A stretch of DNA of 64,000 bases from Candidatus Eiseniibacteriota bacterium (lineage in GTDB: Bacteria; Eisenbacteria; RBG-16-71-46; CAZAMP01): contig OZ245046.1 in NCBI GenBank assembly GCA_965224245.1, positions 3,616,001 through 3,680,000 on the forward strand, written 5' to 3'. This document shows, in pieces, positions 1-10,928 of this stretch. The notes under the pieces were generated by a model. That model saw nothing but the letters and a program-made list of their open reading frames with translations, did no database searches and had not been told where the DNA came from. The position numbers and the translations under genes are program-made. The first letter of the stretch is position 1. Each line of letters starts with the position of its first letter.

Positions 1-857
1 AACCCTCCCGAAAGGGCGGCGGCGCCCCGCTCGAGCCACGTGCCGAGGTTCGTCAGATAGTCCATCGACGCTCGGAGCTTCGGAGCGGACGCGAGGCTCG
101 TTCCCGCGAGCGGTGAGCCCACGAGCACGAGCTTTCCGAGCCGCGACGGATCGTCGTTCAGCACCTCGGCCCACCAGCGCGTCACGAGCCCGCCCCGGCT
201 GTGGCAGATCACATCGACCTCGGCCTCGGAGCCCTCGAAGGCTCTCTTCAGATCCACGGCGTTCAGGTATGGGTTCACCGAGACCGTCGGGTGATCGAAG
301 CTCAGAACCTCGTCGTAGTGCGCGAAGGCCGCCTGGAGGAAGGCGCTGCCCCCATCGCTCGCATGGATGCCGTCGACGAGCGCCTCGGTCTTGCTGAACG
401 TACCGTGGACGAAGAGCAAGATGCGTCCGTCGTTCGCCGCGCGGTCCACGGAAACGGACCCGCCCGGGGTCCATCGACGCATGCCCTGGTTCGGCGTCAG
501 CCTCTTGTCCAGCTTCGTGAGGGCGTCGCCGATGCGGTTCTTCTCGAGCGACTCGAACTTGAGCTGCGCGACGACGCGTCCGCCGACGCGCTGCCCTCGG
601 CGGCCCCGCCGGCGACCGGCGTGCTGCCGACCGCCGAATCCGCTTCGCCAACGGAGGACACCGTCCTCGTCCACGAGCGACATCGAGTCGACGTTGTCCG
701 ATACCCGCCCCCCCGCGCGCCTCACGTGGTGGATCGGAGTCGGTTTGAAGTCGGGAATGGTCTCGTCGGCGGAGTAGATGTCCAGTCCGTCGATGGCCCT
801 CTCGATGGTCTTCTCCACCTCGATCGGACTCAACCGATCCGCTTCACCGGTGGTCAT
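1..857 (-). CDS. Alpha/beta-hydrolase (lipase/esterase-like); 3' end runs off the window
   Basis: Not in the ORF track; translated by hand from ATG 857 (SD AAGGAGG upstream): MTTGEADRLS...RILLFVHGTFS...FDHPTVS...VDVICHSRGGLV...LVGSPLAGTSLA. Shows the oxyanion HG, the nucleophile elbow HSxGG and the GSPxxGT motif. Start overlaps the upstream stop at 844. Confidence 0.85.
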   Translation of the reverse strand, partial: MTTGEADRLSPIEVEKTIERAIDGLDIYSADETIPDFKPTPIHHVRRAGGRVSDNVDSMSLVDEDGVLRWRSGFGGRQHAGRRRGRRGQRVGGRVVAQLKFESLEKNRIGDALTKLDKRLTPNQGMRRWTPGGSVSVDRAANDGRILLFVHGTFSKTEALVDGIHASDGGSAFLQAAFAHYDEVLSFDHPTVSVNPYLNAVDLKRAFEGSEAEVDVICHSRGGLVTRWWAEVLNDDPSRLGKLVLVGSPLAGTSLASAPKLRASMDYLTNLGTWLERGAAALSGG

Positions 858-3302
858 CGAACGGCCCCTCCTTGATCGGAAGCGGCGTGACGGATGCGTC
901 GCGCGCCGTACGGACATCGATCATCGAATGAAACTCCCCCGGACTGCGGAGGTTCTCGAACCCTTCGTCGATCGCCTCCCAGAAGCTGCCGTGCGTGGTC
1001 AGCCCGACCGCCTCGATCGGGAACAGCTTGTTCTCACGCATTCGGTGGAGCACGTCTCGATAGTCCGGCTTGCCGACGACCCACCGCCGGGTCCCTTGCG
1101 TCGTGCCCGTCGAGGTGCGGAGCTCTTCCTCGTCGACGGACTTCGTGTATGTCACCTCGAAGAACTCCTTGCGGTGCTCCTCCCAACGCCAGTACCCGGC
1201 AAACGCATGTCCTTCTAGGAGAAACACGACGGGATGGATGTCCACGTATTCGAGACAAGCCGCGATGAGCAGCGCGAGATCGATACACGTGCCTCGGCCG
1301 CCGGCCAGCACCTGCGTCGGTGTCCGGAGACGTTGTCCGTCGACCGAGTACGTCGGCGGAGGGTTGATGTAGCGAACCTGGAAGTGGTGAACGATCGCCG
1401 CCCACATCGCCTGTACCTGGAGATCGACGTTCTCCATCGTTCCGTCGAGATCGCTCACGTCCACGCTCTGATAGCCGTCGAAGCCCGCGGTCCGATCGTC
1501 CGTGAGCGTCATCAGGTGCCACTGGGCCTGGTCGATGACTCGCGCGACACCCGGATCGCCCGGAAGAACGAAAGACGGCAGCCAGAGCCGATCGGCGTCG
1601 GTGTCCTTCCACTCGTCGGCCGGAAGCAACGTCACGCGTTGCGTCTCTCGGCAAACCAAGCGATCCTCGTGCCGGATCTCGATGAAGAGCGACGTCCGGA
1701 TCGGCTCCTGCACGGTCCGAATGAGATCCGACGTCAGCGGGACGCTGATCTCGCTCGCAAGGTTCAGGGGCGTCGTGTCGGCCAGGTCCCACCGTCCGCG
1801 GTAGGGGAAGCTGTCGGCTCCGACGTGGAGGTTCACCTCGATCTCGAGTCCGCGAAGCATGCCCGACCGGTTCTTGTGGAGCTTGAAGCTGTCGAACAGA
1901 CACCCGAGGCGGTTGTGCATCAGCGAGTAGTTGATCTCCCGCCGCGCGCGGATGTCGAGCTTCAGCCAATCGTACGTGTCGTTCTTGGCAACCTCGATCG
2001 GCGCCGCACGCACCTGGGACTGTCGCGTCGCGTACGTCTGTGCCTCGCCGACCTCGGCCTGGAGCAGAGCGTGATCGGACCAGAGCACGATGCCCGTACC
2101 GACCATGCGCTGCGGCGCGCGCCGCAGCGAGCGGATCGCCTCGTCGAACGCGGGGAGCGCTTGCCAGTCGGCGTTTTGATAGTCGGAGTAGAAGCCCGAT
2201 AGGAGCCGCTCGGCGAGCTCGTCGTCGATCGTGTCCTGAAACCCGATCGCGTGGCGTGCCCCGTCCGCCACCACCATCGCACAGACCCGAGAGGCGGAGT
2301 TGTAGACGTTCGCGTAGACCAGCTCGGGCGGAGCACCGCCCGCGGTCAGCGCCAACGCGAGGTGCTCCGCATCGATCTGAGCGGGCTCGCCCTTCGACCC
2401 GGTCAGCACGACACCATCGCGGCTGGACCAGCCCGTCAGGAGCGATCCGTCGGGGTCCAGATCCTCGCGCTCGCGCTCGATCACCTGGGCGGCCTGATGC
2501 GCGTCCAGTCCGGCGATGTGGATCAGGGCGGGGCTCGTATCGGCCACGTGGGCTCGGAGCTGCTCCAGCGTCGGATTGATGAGCTCGTCCAGCTCGAGTC
2601 CGAGGCTGTCGCGTACGCGCTGCCGCTCCAGATCGAACGTGAAGTAGTCGTCGAGTCCGCCCGGACAGGCCTGCACGTACAGCGCCGATCGGGTCCGGCT
2701 GGCGCGAGACTTCCGGTCGGGGGACTCGTCCCGGGCCAGGTGGCGGATCACCGTGAGTTCCCCGGTCCGACCCAGGAGCTTGCTCGTGGTGCTCAGCACG
2801 TACTCCCACGGCGCGATCCGCGCTTCCCACGCCTCGGACTCGACCGAGTACGGCACGCAGACCTCGACGAACCGCGCCTGCCGAGCCAGGCGAGAAGGTC
2901 CTCCCCCCCGGACAGCGTTTCCACTTCCCTGTGGAGCTCCTCGTGCTGCCGCCGGCGATCGGCCTGCTCCGTCCAACGAATGCGTTTGGTCAAGCGGTAG
3001 CGCCAGCGCATCGCGAGGTCCTGCAACGTTCGATCGCTGGCGATCGTCGCCGTCTGGCCATCCGAGCTTCGAAAGACGATCTCGGTTCCGATCACCGATC
3101 GCGGAGGCACGGACCCGGTAGTCGCCTTGATAACAGGTGGCTTCGTCGCGGATGTTCGAGCCTTCGCCGCCTTCTTCTTTCCGGCGGAGCGCCTCGTCGT
3201 CTTCTTCTTCGACGGGGACTTCTTCGCGCGAGGCGTCGCCTCAGCGTCGCGGTTCGATTGCCGATCCTTGTGCCGGATCGCCTTCTTCTTCTTCTTTGGC
3301 AT
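844..3302 (-). CDS. Lys-rich N-terminus + degenerate CHAT-like domain + transglutaminase/papain-like C-terminal domain; frameshifted near 2870-2910
   Basis: ORF 2793..3302 and ORF 844..2976 join through a one-base shift (about 819 aa if repaired). CHAT-like motifs: APWEYVL, LIHIAG, LVYANVYNS, AIGFQDTIDD. C-terminal motifs: YINPPPT, GQRLRTP, GTCIDLALL, GHAFAGYW. Confidence 0.7.
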
Positions 3303-3464
3303 CGGGACCTCGAGAACGATCTTGGGACGGCGGCATCGCTCCGATCCAAAACATGCTCGCGATAGTGGCCCGCGGCACGAGTGGCGTCAATCTCCAAGCG
3401 TCGGCGTTTCGGCGCGCGGCGGCCACCGCACGATGAGAGTGCCATCCACTCGTGCCGCTCGACG

Positions 3465-4727
3465 TCATCTGAGAACGACGAACTGCCGCGACAGCGTCAC
3501 GGCACCGGCCTCGAGACGATAGAAGTACACACCGGGCGCCACGGCCCGCGCGTCCCACGTGACAGCGTGACGTCCCGCGGTCTTCTCGCCGTGAACGAGC
3601 GACGCGACCTTTCGTCCCCCCGTGTCGAACACGGTGACGTCGACGAACGTGTCCGTCGGAATCTGATAGGACACGACCGTCGGCCCCCGAGCCGGGTTCG
3701 GGTCCGCCGGTCCCAGGGTCGGCACGGCCGGCTCGAAGGGTGTCGACGTCGATGCGCGCGGGACGCCGTCCGAGCCCACGCAGTCGATCGCGATGAACGG
3801 TGTCCCGTCGTGGAGCAGTCCGGCCACGCCGAGCTCGTGCATGCCTTCCCACTCCAGAGCCCCGAGGATCAGATCGACCCGGCGCCGGCCGAAGTGCAGG
3901 ATCAGGTCCTCCCATCCGTCCGGCCCGTCGGTGATGCACTCGCATGGAACACCATCGTCGACCGGCGTGGCGAGGTCGGTCACGTTCGAGAACGTCGGCG
4001 GCAGCGTCAGCGAGAAGCTCTCGTGGTGCTCGGGCGTGTACAGCACCACCGTGGACGGATCGATCGTCCGGACGTCGAAGCCGTCGGTTCCCAGGATGCC
4101 GACCGGCACCGTGGATGACGCGAACGGCCCGTCGCCCACGAGGTTCGGGCAGACCTGCGGCTCGACGTCGAGAGGAACCTCGATCGTCGGCGCGCACGTG
4201 AACGCGAGGTCCGCGGTGCTCTCGACATCACCGATCGCGACCTCCACGTGCACCTCGGTGCCGGGAAAGCACGGCGGCTTCGAGCACTCGGCGGTCCACT
4301 CCGTCGTTCCGATGAAGTAACGAAAGCCCGGCAGGAAGTCGCCGATGAACATCCCGTCGACGTACCACGGCACACAGCACGTACACGCGAAGGAGTTGAT
4401 CTCGTAGATCTCCACGAGCGCCGGGTCGAACACGCAGCCGTCCCACCACCGACCGCGGGTTCCATAGCGAGCCGCTCCGTCGTAGCCGGCCTCGCAGCAG
4501 TCTTCGGTGATCCAGAGCTCGAAGGGCACTCCGCGCAAGTCGTCGCTGACCTCGAGCACCCATCGCACCTTCGCGGACGTGACGCCGACGGGCGCCACGC
4601 TCGAGATCGTTCAGGGATCATCGTCGTCGTCGAAATCGAGATAGATCCGATTGGCGTCCGCGATCGCCGCGCCGACGAGCAGCGCGAGCCCGAACAGCGC
4701 GAACACCCTCATCAATCGCTGAACCAT
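3465..4727 (-). CDS. Secreted Cys-rich protein with C-terminal FlgD-Ig/T9SS-like domain; in-frame TGA at codon 39 (4611-4613)
   Basis: SD GGAGGGAG, ATG 4727 and a signal peptide (MVQRLMRVFALFGLALLVGAAIADA) are in frame with ORF 3465..4598. C-terminus PNPARG...VFDTGGRKV...WDAR...GVYFYRL. Confidence 0.75.
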
Positions 4728-4891
4728 TGAGACTCCCTCCTCTCTGCGGAGCTCGATCGGCGACTCGCTCGAGCGGCCCGGACGCCCGGGGTCGCGCCCC
4801 GGATGGGGCCGACACCGATCGCCGATCGCGAATGGCGGGCTCCAAATACCCGATTCAAGAGATCACGATGGCGTGTTCAAATGAATGAGAC

Positions 4892-4911
4892 AATGATGCA
4901 AGCGCATCATT
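4892..4911. promoter_or_regulatory. Perfect 8-bp inverted repeat in an AT-rich patch; possible operator
   Basis: AATGATGC-AAGC-GCATCATT, upstream of the 4727 start. Confidence 0.35.
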
Positions 4912-5048
4912 TGATATGAAATCGACCGAGATTCGAGGAGGGGACTGCGGGGCAGGTTTCGCGATGGAAGAGGAGACACGGGACCGAGCGAGGCGCCGGA
5001 GGTCCGCGCGGATCGTGCCGAGACACGACCCGCGCGCGGGTCGACGTC

Positions 5049-6413
<1,365 letters not shown>

Positions 6414-6650
6414 TCAGATCTCCCTGATCGCCGGTTGACTGGAGGCCGGCGGAAACGATGCCCAGACCCGCGCATCCGGCGGCCGTGAGGCCTCCCGGCC
6501 CGGCGGGCGGACGATCCGGCGGATTGCCGGGGTTAGTCGAAAAGACCTGGGAGTTTACACCTGGCTGCGGGTCGTTGAACACCCATCGTATGTAGGGACT
6601 ATCCGAAGGCAGACGGGCGCCCCCGGCATGCGGGGATCGGCGGGGGTCTG

Positions 6651-6758
6651 GCACCGAGGCCGGATCCCGCACCGAGACCGGGTCCAGCACCGAGGCCGGG
6701 TCCAGCACCGAGGCCGGGTCCAGCACCGAGGCCGGGTCCAGCACCGAGGCCGGGCCCG
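6651..6758. repeat. Intergenic tandem repeat, 6 x 18 bp (GCACCGAGGCCGGGTCCA)
   Basis: Three exact central copies plus three variant copies, read directly. Confidence 0.92.
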
Positions 6759-6876
6759 GCGCCGTGGCGCCGGCGCCGGGCGGACGAGGCGCACGCATGG
6801 GTCGGCCCCGGGGCACCGGCGCCCGCGAGCGCCCGGCCGACCCCACCGGGCGTGCCGGCGGCGAACGAGACCGGTG

Positions 6877-9315
6877 TCAGGCGGGGCTCTCCAGGAACGC
6901 CAGCGCCTCGTCCTTCTTGCCGTCCATCATGATCCGGAGCGATCGCCCGCCCGACGCCGACGGGACGTGGATCACCCGCACGATGTCGGTCAGGTCGCTC
7001 GCCGACGGCACGAGCGACGTGAGCCGGTTCTCGGAGTCCCGGAGGAACGCCTCGTTGAACACGACCTCGGCGCGGTCGGGATAGAGCGGCAGGTGCTGGA
7101 TCCCCGCCTCGACGAGGTCCTGGAAGAAGTGCGTTCCGAACGACACGTCGGGCTCGTATCCCTCGCGCGCGCGTGCGATCTCGATCAACAGGAGCGTGTG
7201 GTTGATGTCGGCGTAGGTGACGCGGACGCCCAGGCGGTGATCCGAGCTCCCCCATCGGCCGGGGCCCATCAGGATGTACCGCTTGCCCTCCAGTGCCGCA
7301 TTCAGATGCCCCACCGCCGCCGTCACCGTGTGACAGTCGGCGGCCGACGCCAGCGCCGTGTAGCGCACCGGGTCCACGTAGACGATGTACTCCACCTGGG
7401 CGAGGTCGGCGGTGGCCACGTCGCTCCGGGCCGAGAAGATCTGATCGGTCTCGGGAACGTTGGCCGGGATCTGCACGTCGGACATCTCGATCCGCGAGGA
7501 GAGCGGCCGGCACTGGAGCACGTAGAAGTCCTGGCCGTCGAACGCGAACTCCACGTCCACCGGGCGATCGTACGCCCTGGCGATGGACTCGAGCATCCAC
7601 CGGAGACGCGGCACGAACTCCGAGCGTGCCAGGAGGTTGTCGAACGTGACGATCAGGTTCTCCGGCGACTCGGTGATCCGCTTGGTCACCGGCGGAATGA
7701 GGTCGCCGTCGCGGTGGATGGACACGATGTCGTGCAGCAACGGGTACGGACCCTCGGCGAGGATTCGATCCAGCGACACGCACCGGAACTCGTTCCGCTT
7801 CAGGTCGATCACGTCGAGGTAGCGCTGCGAGTATCGGCAGGCGTCCTGGACGTTGCCCTCGGGTCGCAGCGTGGGCATGCCCAGCGCGATCATCCGGGGA
7901 TAGTCGCCGCCAACGCGATCCACCGCGCGCGACCCGAGACCCATCACCAGCCGCACGAGACCGTCTTCCTTCCGGATGCGCGGGTTCCACCGATACTCGT
8001 TGTGTGAGAACGCGACGCCCGCCCACGCGGGAAAGAAGAACCGGCCGTGCCGCTTCCCGACGACCTTCTGGATGATCACGCCCATCAGCTCGTCGTAGTC
8101 GATCAGGTTCTTGGCCCGCCGGTAGGCGATCGGATCGGGACCCAGCGTGCTGGCGAACACCTCGGCGATGGCCCCGAGAAGCTGGTGCAGCCGGTCCTCG
8201 AGATCACCCTGGTTGCCCAGGAAGATGCTGGCGTACTTGCCCGAGAACGCGTAGTTGAAGTTGTCCTCGAGCAGGCTCGACGACCGCACGATCAACGGAT
8301 GCGGCCCGATGCGCTCCAGGAACGCGCGGATCTGCTTGACCACGTCCTCGGGGAACTCGGCGTTCTTGAACACCTCGCGCACGGCGCCGAACTCGGACCG
8401 GACCTGATCGATGTCCTTGTACTTCTGGTCGGTGTACTCGATCAGGTCGTTCACGCGGAGGAAGCGCTGGAAGACGTCGGTGCGCACGAACAGCGACTCG
8501 GGCGTCCTGAACGGCCACTCCTCGTGCCCGGCGGCCGCGGCGTCGCGCAGGATCGCGGCCGCGAGCACCATGCCTGCGGCCTTCCCGCCCACGCGACCCG
8601 ACCCGCCCTCGGTGCCCACCGAGTTGGTCAGGATGCGGTTCGCGTCACGTACGGTCATGTGGTGCTTGGCCACGCCGAGGAAGTCGAGCTGCTCGGAGAT
8701 CACGCGCCGCAGCAACGTGACCCGCAGGCCGAACGCCTCGGCCTTGGGGAGTCGCACCCACCGGCCCGGCAGCTCGCAGTACTCGGCCACCTTCTCGGCC
8801 AGCTCGTTCACCGGCAGCCCGGCGTCGTTCGCGAACAGGTTGAGGTTCTCGGCCTCGCGTCGCTTCCGGGTCAGGAGAACGACCGCGTCCAGCTCGCCGG
8901 CGGTGAAGGAGTCGGCCGCGTACTGCGTGACGAGCCGGTCGATCTCGCGGCGCTCGTCGGCGTTCCAGCGATGGGCCATGCCGCGGTTGATTCCGGGATG
9001 ATCGCCGGTCTCCCCGTCGGGTGCGTCCCCGGCGTCGTCCTCCTCGTCGTCGTCCTCGAGCCCATCGTCGGGTGACGGGGCCTCGCCCGACAGGGCCTCG
9101 CGCGCCTCGTCGTAGATCGCGTCGACGTCCTTGACGCCCCGGTTGTGGAGCATCAGCAGGAGATGTCGGATGATCTTCGAGCGGAGCTCGGGGAAATAGG
9201 CGAGATACCCCTCGATCAGGTCACGGCGGTCGGGCGGCGTGTCCGATGCGGTCACGGTGGGCCCGTCGGGCCGTCCCCCCGGGTCGATCGGGTGGACGTC
9301 TGTCGGCTTTTCCAA
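6877..9315 (-). CDS. PEP/pyruvate-binding (PPDK_N ATP-grasp) domain protein, dikinase-like
   Basis: VGGKAAG, PLIVRSSSLLED, FSGKYAS, MGVIIQ, GVAFS, VDVEFA, YVLQCRP, GPGRWGS, SFGTHFFQ. Start uncertain: TTG 9315 chosen, ORF open to 9570. Confidence 0.85.
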   Translation of the reverse strand: MEKPTDVHPIDPGGRPDGPTVTASDTPPDRRDLIEGYLAYFPELRSKIIRHLLLMLHNRGVKDVDAIYDEAREALSGEAPSPDDGLEDDDEEDDAGDAPDGETGDHPGINRGMAHRWNADERREIDRLVTQYAADSFTAGELDAVVLLTRKRREAENLNLFANDAGLPVNELAEKVAEYCELPGRWVRLPKAEAFGLRVTLLRRVISEQLDFLGVAKHHMTVRDANRILTNSVGTEGGSGRVGGKAAGMVLAAAILRDAAAAGHEEWPFRTPESLFVRTDVFQRFLRVNDLIEYTDQKYKDIDQVRSEFGAVREVFKNAEFPEDVVKQIRAFLERIGPHPLIVRSSSLLEDNFNYAFSGKYASIFLGNQGDLEDRLHQLLGAIAEVFASTLGPDPIAYRRAKNLIDYDELMGVIIQKVVGKRHGRFFFPAWAGVAFSHNEYRWNPRIRKEDGLVRLVMGLGSRAVDRVGGDYPRMIALGMPTLRPEGNVQDACRYSQRYLDVIDLKRNEFRCVSLDRILAEGPYPLLHDIVSIHRDGDLIPPVTKRITESPENLIVTFDNLLARSEFVPRLRWMLESIARAYDRPVDVEFAFDGQDFYVLQCRPLSSRIEMSDVQIPANVPETDQIFSARSDVATADLAQVEYIVYVDPVRYTALASAADCHTVTAAVGHLNAALEGKRYILMGPGRWGSSDHRLGVRVTYADINHTLLLIEIARAREGYEPDVSFGTHFFQDLVEAGIQHLPLYPDRAEVVFNEAFLRDSENRLTSLVPSASDLTDIVRVIHVPSASGGRSLRIMMDGKKDEALAFLESPA

Positions 9316-9574
9316 GGGCGCCCCCTGCCCCGGCGGGTGTTGCGAAACGACCGCGAAGAGAATACCACAGGGCGTTCCGGATTCGATCTCACTGCCCGCG
9401 GAGGTCCTGGTGTCCCGACCCGGAAGTCGTGCTACCTTCTCGCCGACGCTCGCGGCTCCCGGCCGCGCTGCGACTCCTCGACGGATCTTCGGATACGCCT
9501 GCGTCGCCCCGTCGTGCCGGGAGCCACGATCACTCGGCGAGAAGGCGACATGACCTCCGGATCGGAACACTAGG

Positions 9575-10831
9575 ATGAACTCGATCGACTACACGCTGGG
9601 CGACACGACCGCACTGTTCGAAGACGCCGCCGACCGGCTCGGGCTCGAGCCCGCCGCGCGCCAGCTGCTCGCGGCGCCCGAGCGGGAGATCCTCTGTCAC
9701 ATCTCCATTCGCATGGATGACGGGAGCCACCGGATCTTCGGGGCGCATCGCGTGCGGCACAACTCCGCGTACGGCCCCACACTCGGGGGCATACGCTGGC
9801 ACCCGGCCGCGAGCCTCACGGCCTCGCGTGACGGTGCCGCGTGGAACACCTGGCAGGCCGCCCTCCTGGACATTCCACACGGCGGCTCGGCCGGCGCCGT
9901 CGACTGCAACCCGAAGGAGCTCTCCACGGTCGAGAAGGAGCGCCTGGCCCGGCGGTTCGTCAGCGTGTTCCGCGACGTCATCGGCCCCGGGCACGACGTG
10001 CTTCTGGCCGACACGTACGTCACCCCCCAGATCCTCGGCTGGATGACCGCCGCCTACGAGCTCTTCGCAAAGGTCGCCACGTCGGGCAGCACGGTCGGCA
10101 AGCCGGCCGCCCTCGGGGGCACGCTGCCCGAGTCGGAGAGCATCGCGCGGGGGGGTGTGGCGGCCGTGGTCGCCGCTCTGGAGGAGGCCGACCTCGATCC
10201 GGCCACCGCCACCTACGGCGTCGTCGGGTTCGGACCGGTCGGGCGAGCGGCCGCGCGGTACCACATGGAGCGAGTCGGCGGCCGGTTCGTGACGGCCAGC
10301 GACTCACGAGGCGGCGTCCGGGCCACCGGCACCGGCGGGTTCGAACCCGATTCGCTCGTCCGGCACAAGGTCCAGACCGGACGCGTGGTCGACCTGGACG
10401 GCGCCGAGAACGTCTCGAACGCCGACGTGCTCGCCGCGGAGGTGGACGTGCTCTACATCGCCTGTCCCGCGCAGCCCATCACCGCGGAGGTGGCCGCCTC
10501 GGTCGGCGGCAAGATCCTGTGCGAGCTCTCCGATGCCCCCACGACCAAGGAAGCGGATCCGATCCTGCTGGACAAGGGCGTCGTCGCGATCCCCGATCTC
10601 CTGGCCGGCGGCGGGCGACTCCTGATCGCCCACCTGGAGACCGTCCAGAATGCACAGAACGACCGCTGGCCCCTCGAGGACGTCCACCACCGGCTCGACG
10701 CCGGCATCCACGCGGCCTTCTCGGCGATCCACGAGATGGCGCACGCCGAGGGCTGCTCACTGCGCACGGCGGCCTGGATGTGCGGGATCGAACGGGTGGC
10801 CGAGGCCTGCCGCGCCCGAGGGTGGTGCTGA
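9575..10831 (+). CDS. Glu/Leu/Phe/Val dehydrogenase family protein, probably catalytically inactive
   Basis: Full-length GDH fold (HRVRHN, GGIRWHP, GKP, SDSRGG, IPDLLA, RTAAW...RGW) but the conserved Lys positions are substituted. Confidence 0.85.
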   Translation: MNSIDYTLGDTTALFEDAADRLGLEPAARQLLAAPEREILCHISIRMDDGSHRIFGAHRVRHNSAYGPTLGGIRWHPAASLTASRDGAAWNTWQAALLDIPHGGSAGAVDCNPKELSTVEKERLARRFVSVFRDVIGPGHDVLLADTYVTPQILGWMTAAYELFAKVATSGSTVGKPAALGGTLPESESIARGGVAAVVAALEEADLDPATATYGVVGFGPVGRAAARYHMERVGGRFVTASDSRGGVRATGTGGFEPDSLVRHKVQTGRVVDLDGAENVSNADVLAAEVDVLYIACPAQPITAEVAASVGGKILCELSDAPTTKEADPILLDKGVVAIPDLLAGGGRLLIAHLETVQNAQNDRWPLEDVHHRLDAGIHAAFSAIHEMAHAEGCSLRTAAWMCGIERVAEACRARGWC

Positions 10832-10890
10832 CGCCGCTTGCCGGGCGGCACCCGCGGACCGAAAAACCTCCCTCCCGTCGCATCTCGCGG

Positions 10891-10928
10891 CTTGACTTTT
10901 TATGCGTCATGACGAATATTTATGCACA
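10891..10928 (+). promoter_or_regulatory. Tandem ARG boxes (ArgR operator) overlapping the argR promoter
   Basis: Cores TGACTTTTTATGCG (10893-10906) and CGAATATTTATGCA (10913-10926), 20 bp apart; TTGACT -35 at 10892. Confidence 0.75.

Noticed and set aside
4611-4613. Genome-wide TGA reassignment (code 4 or 25)
   Set aside because: argR, argG, priA and prfA end at TGA at their expected lengths.
6651-6758. CRISPR array
   Set aside because: Units are 18 bp and contiguous, with no spacers and no cas operon.
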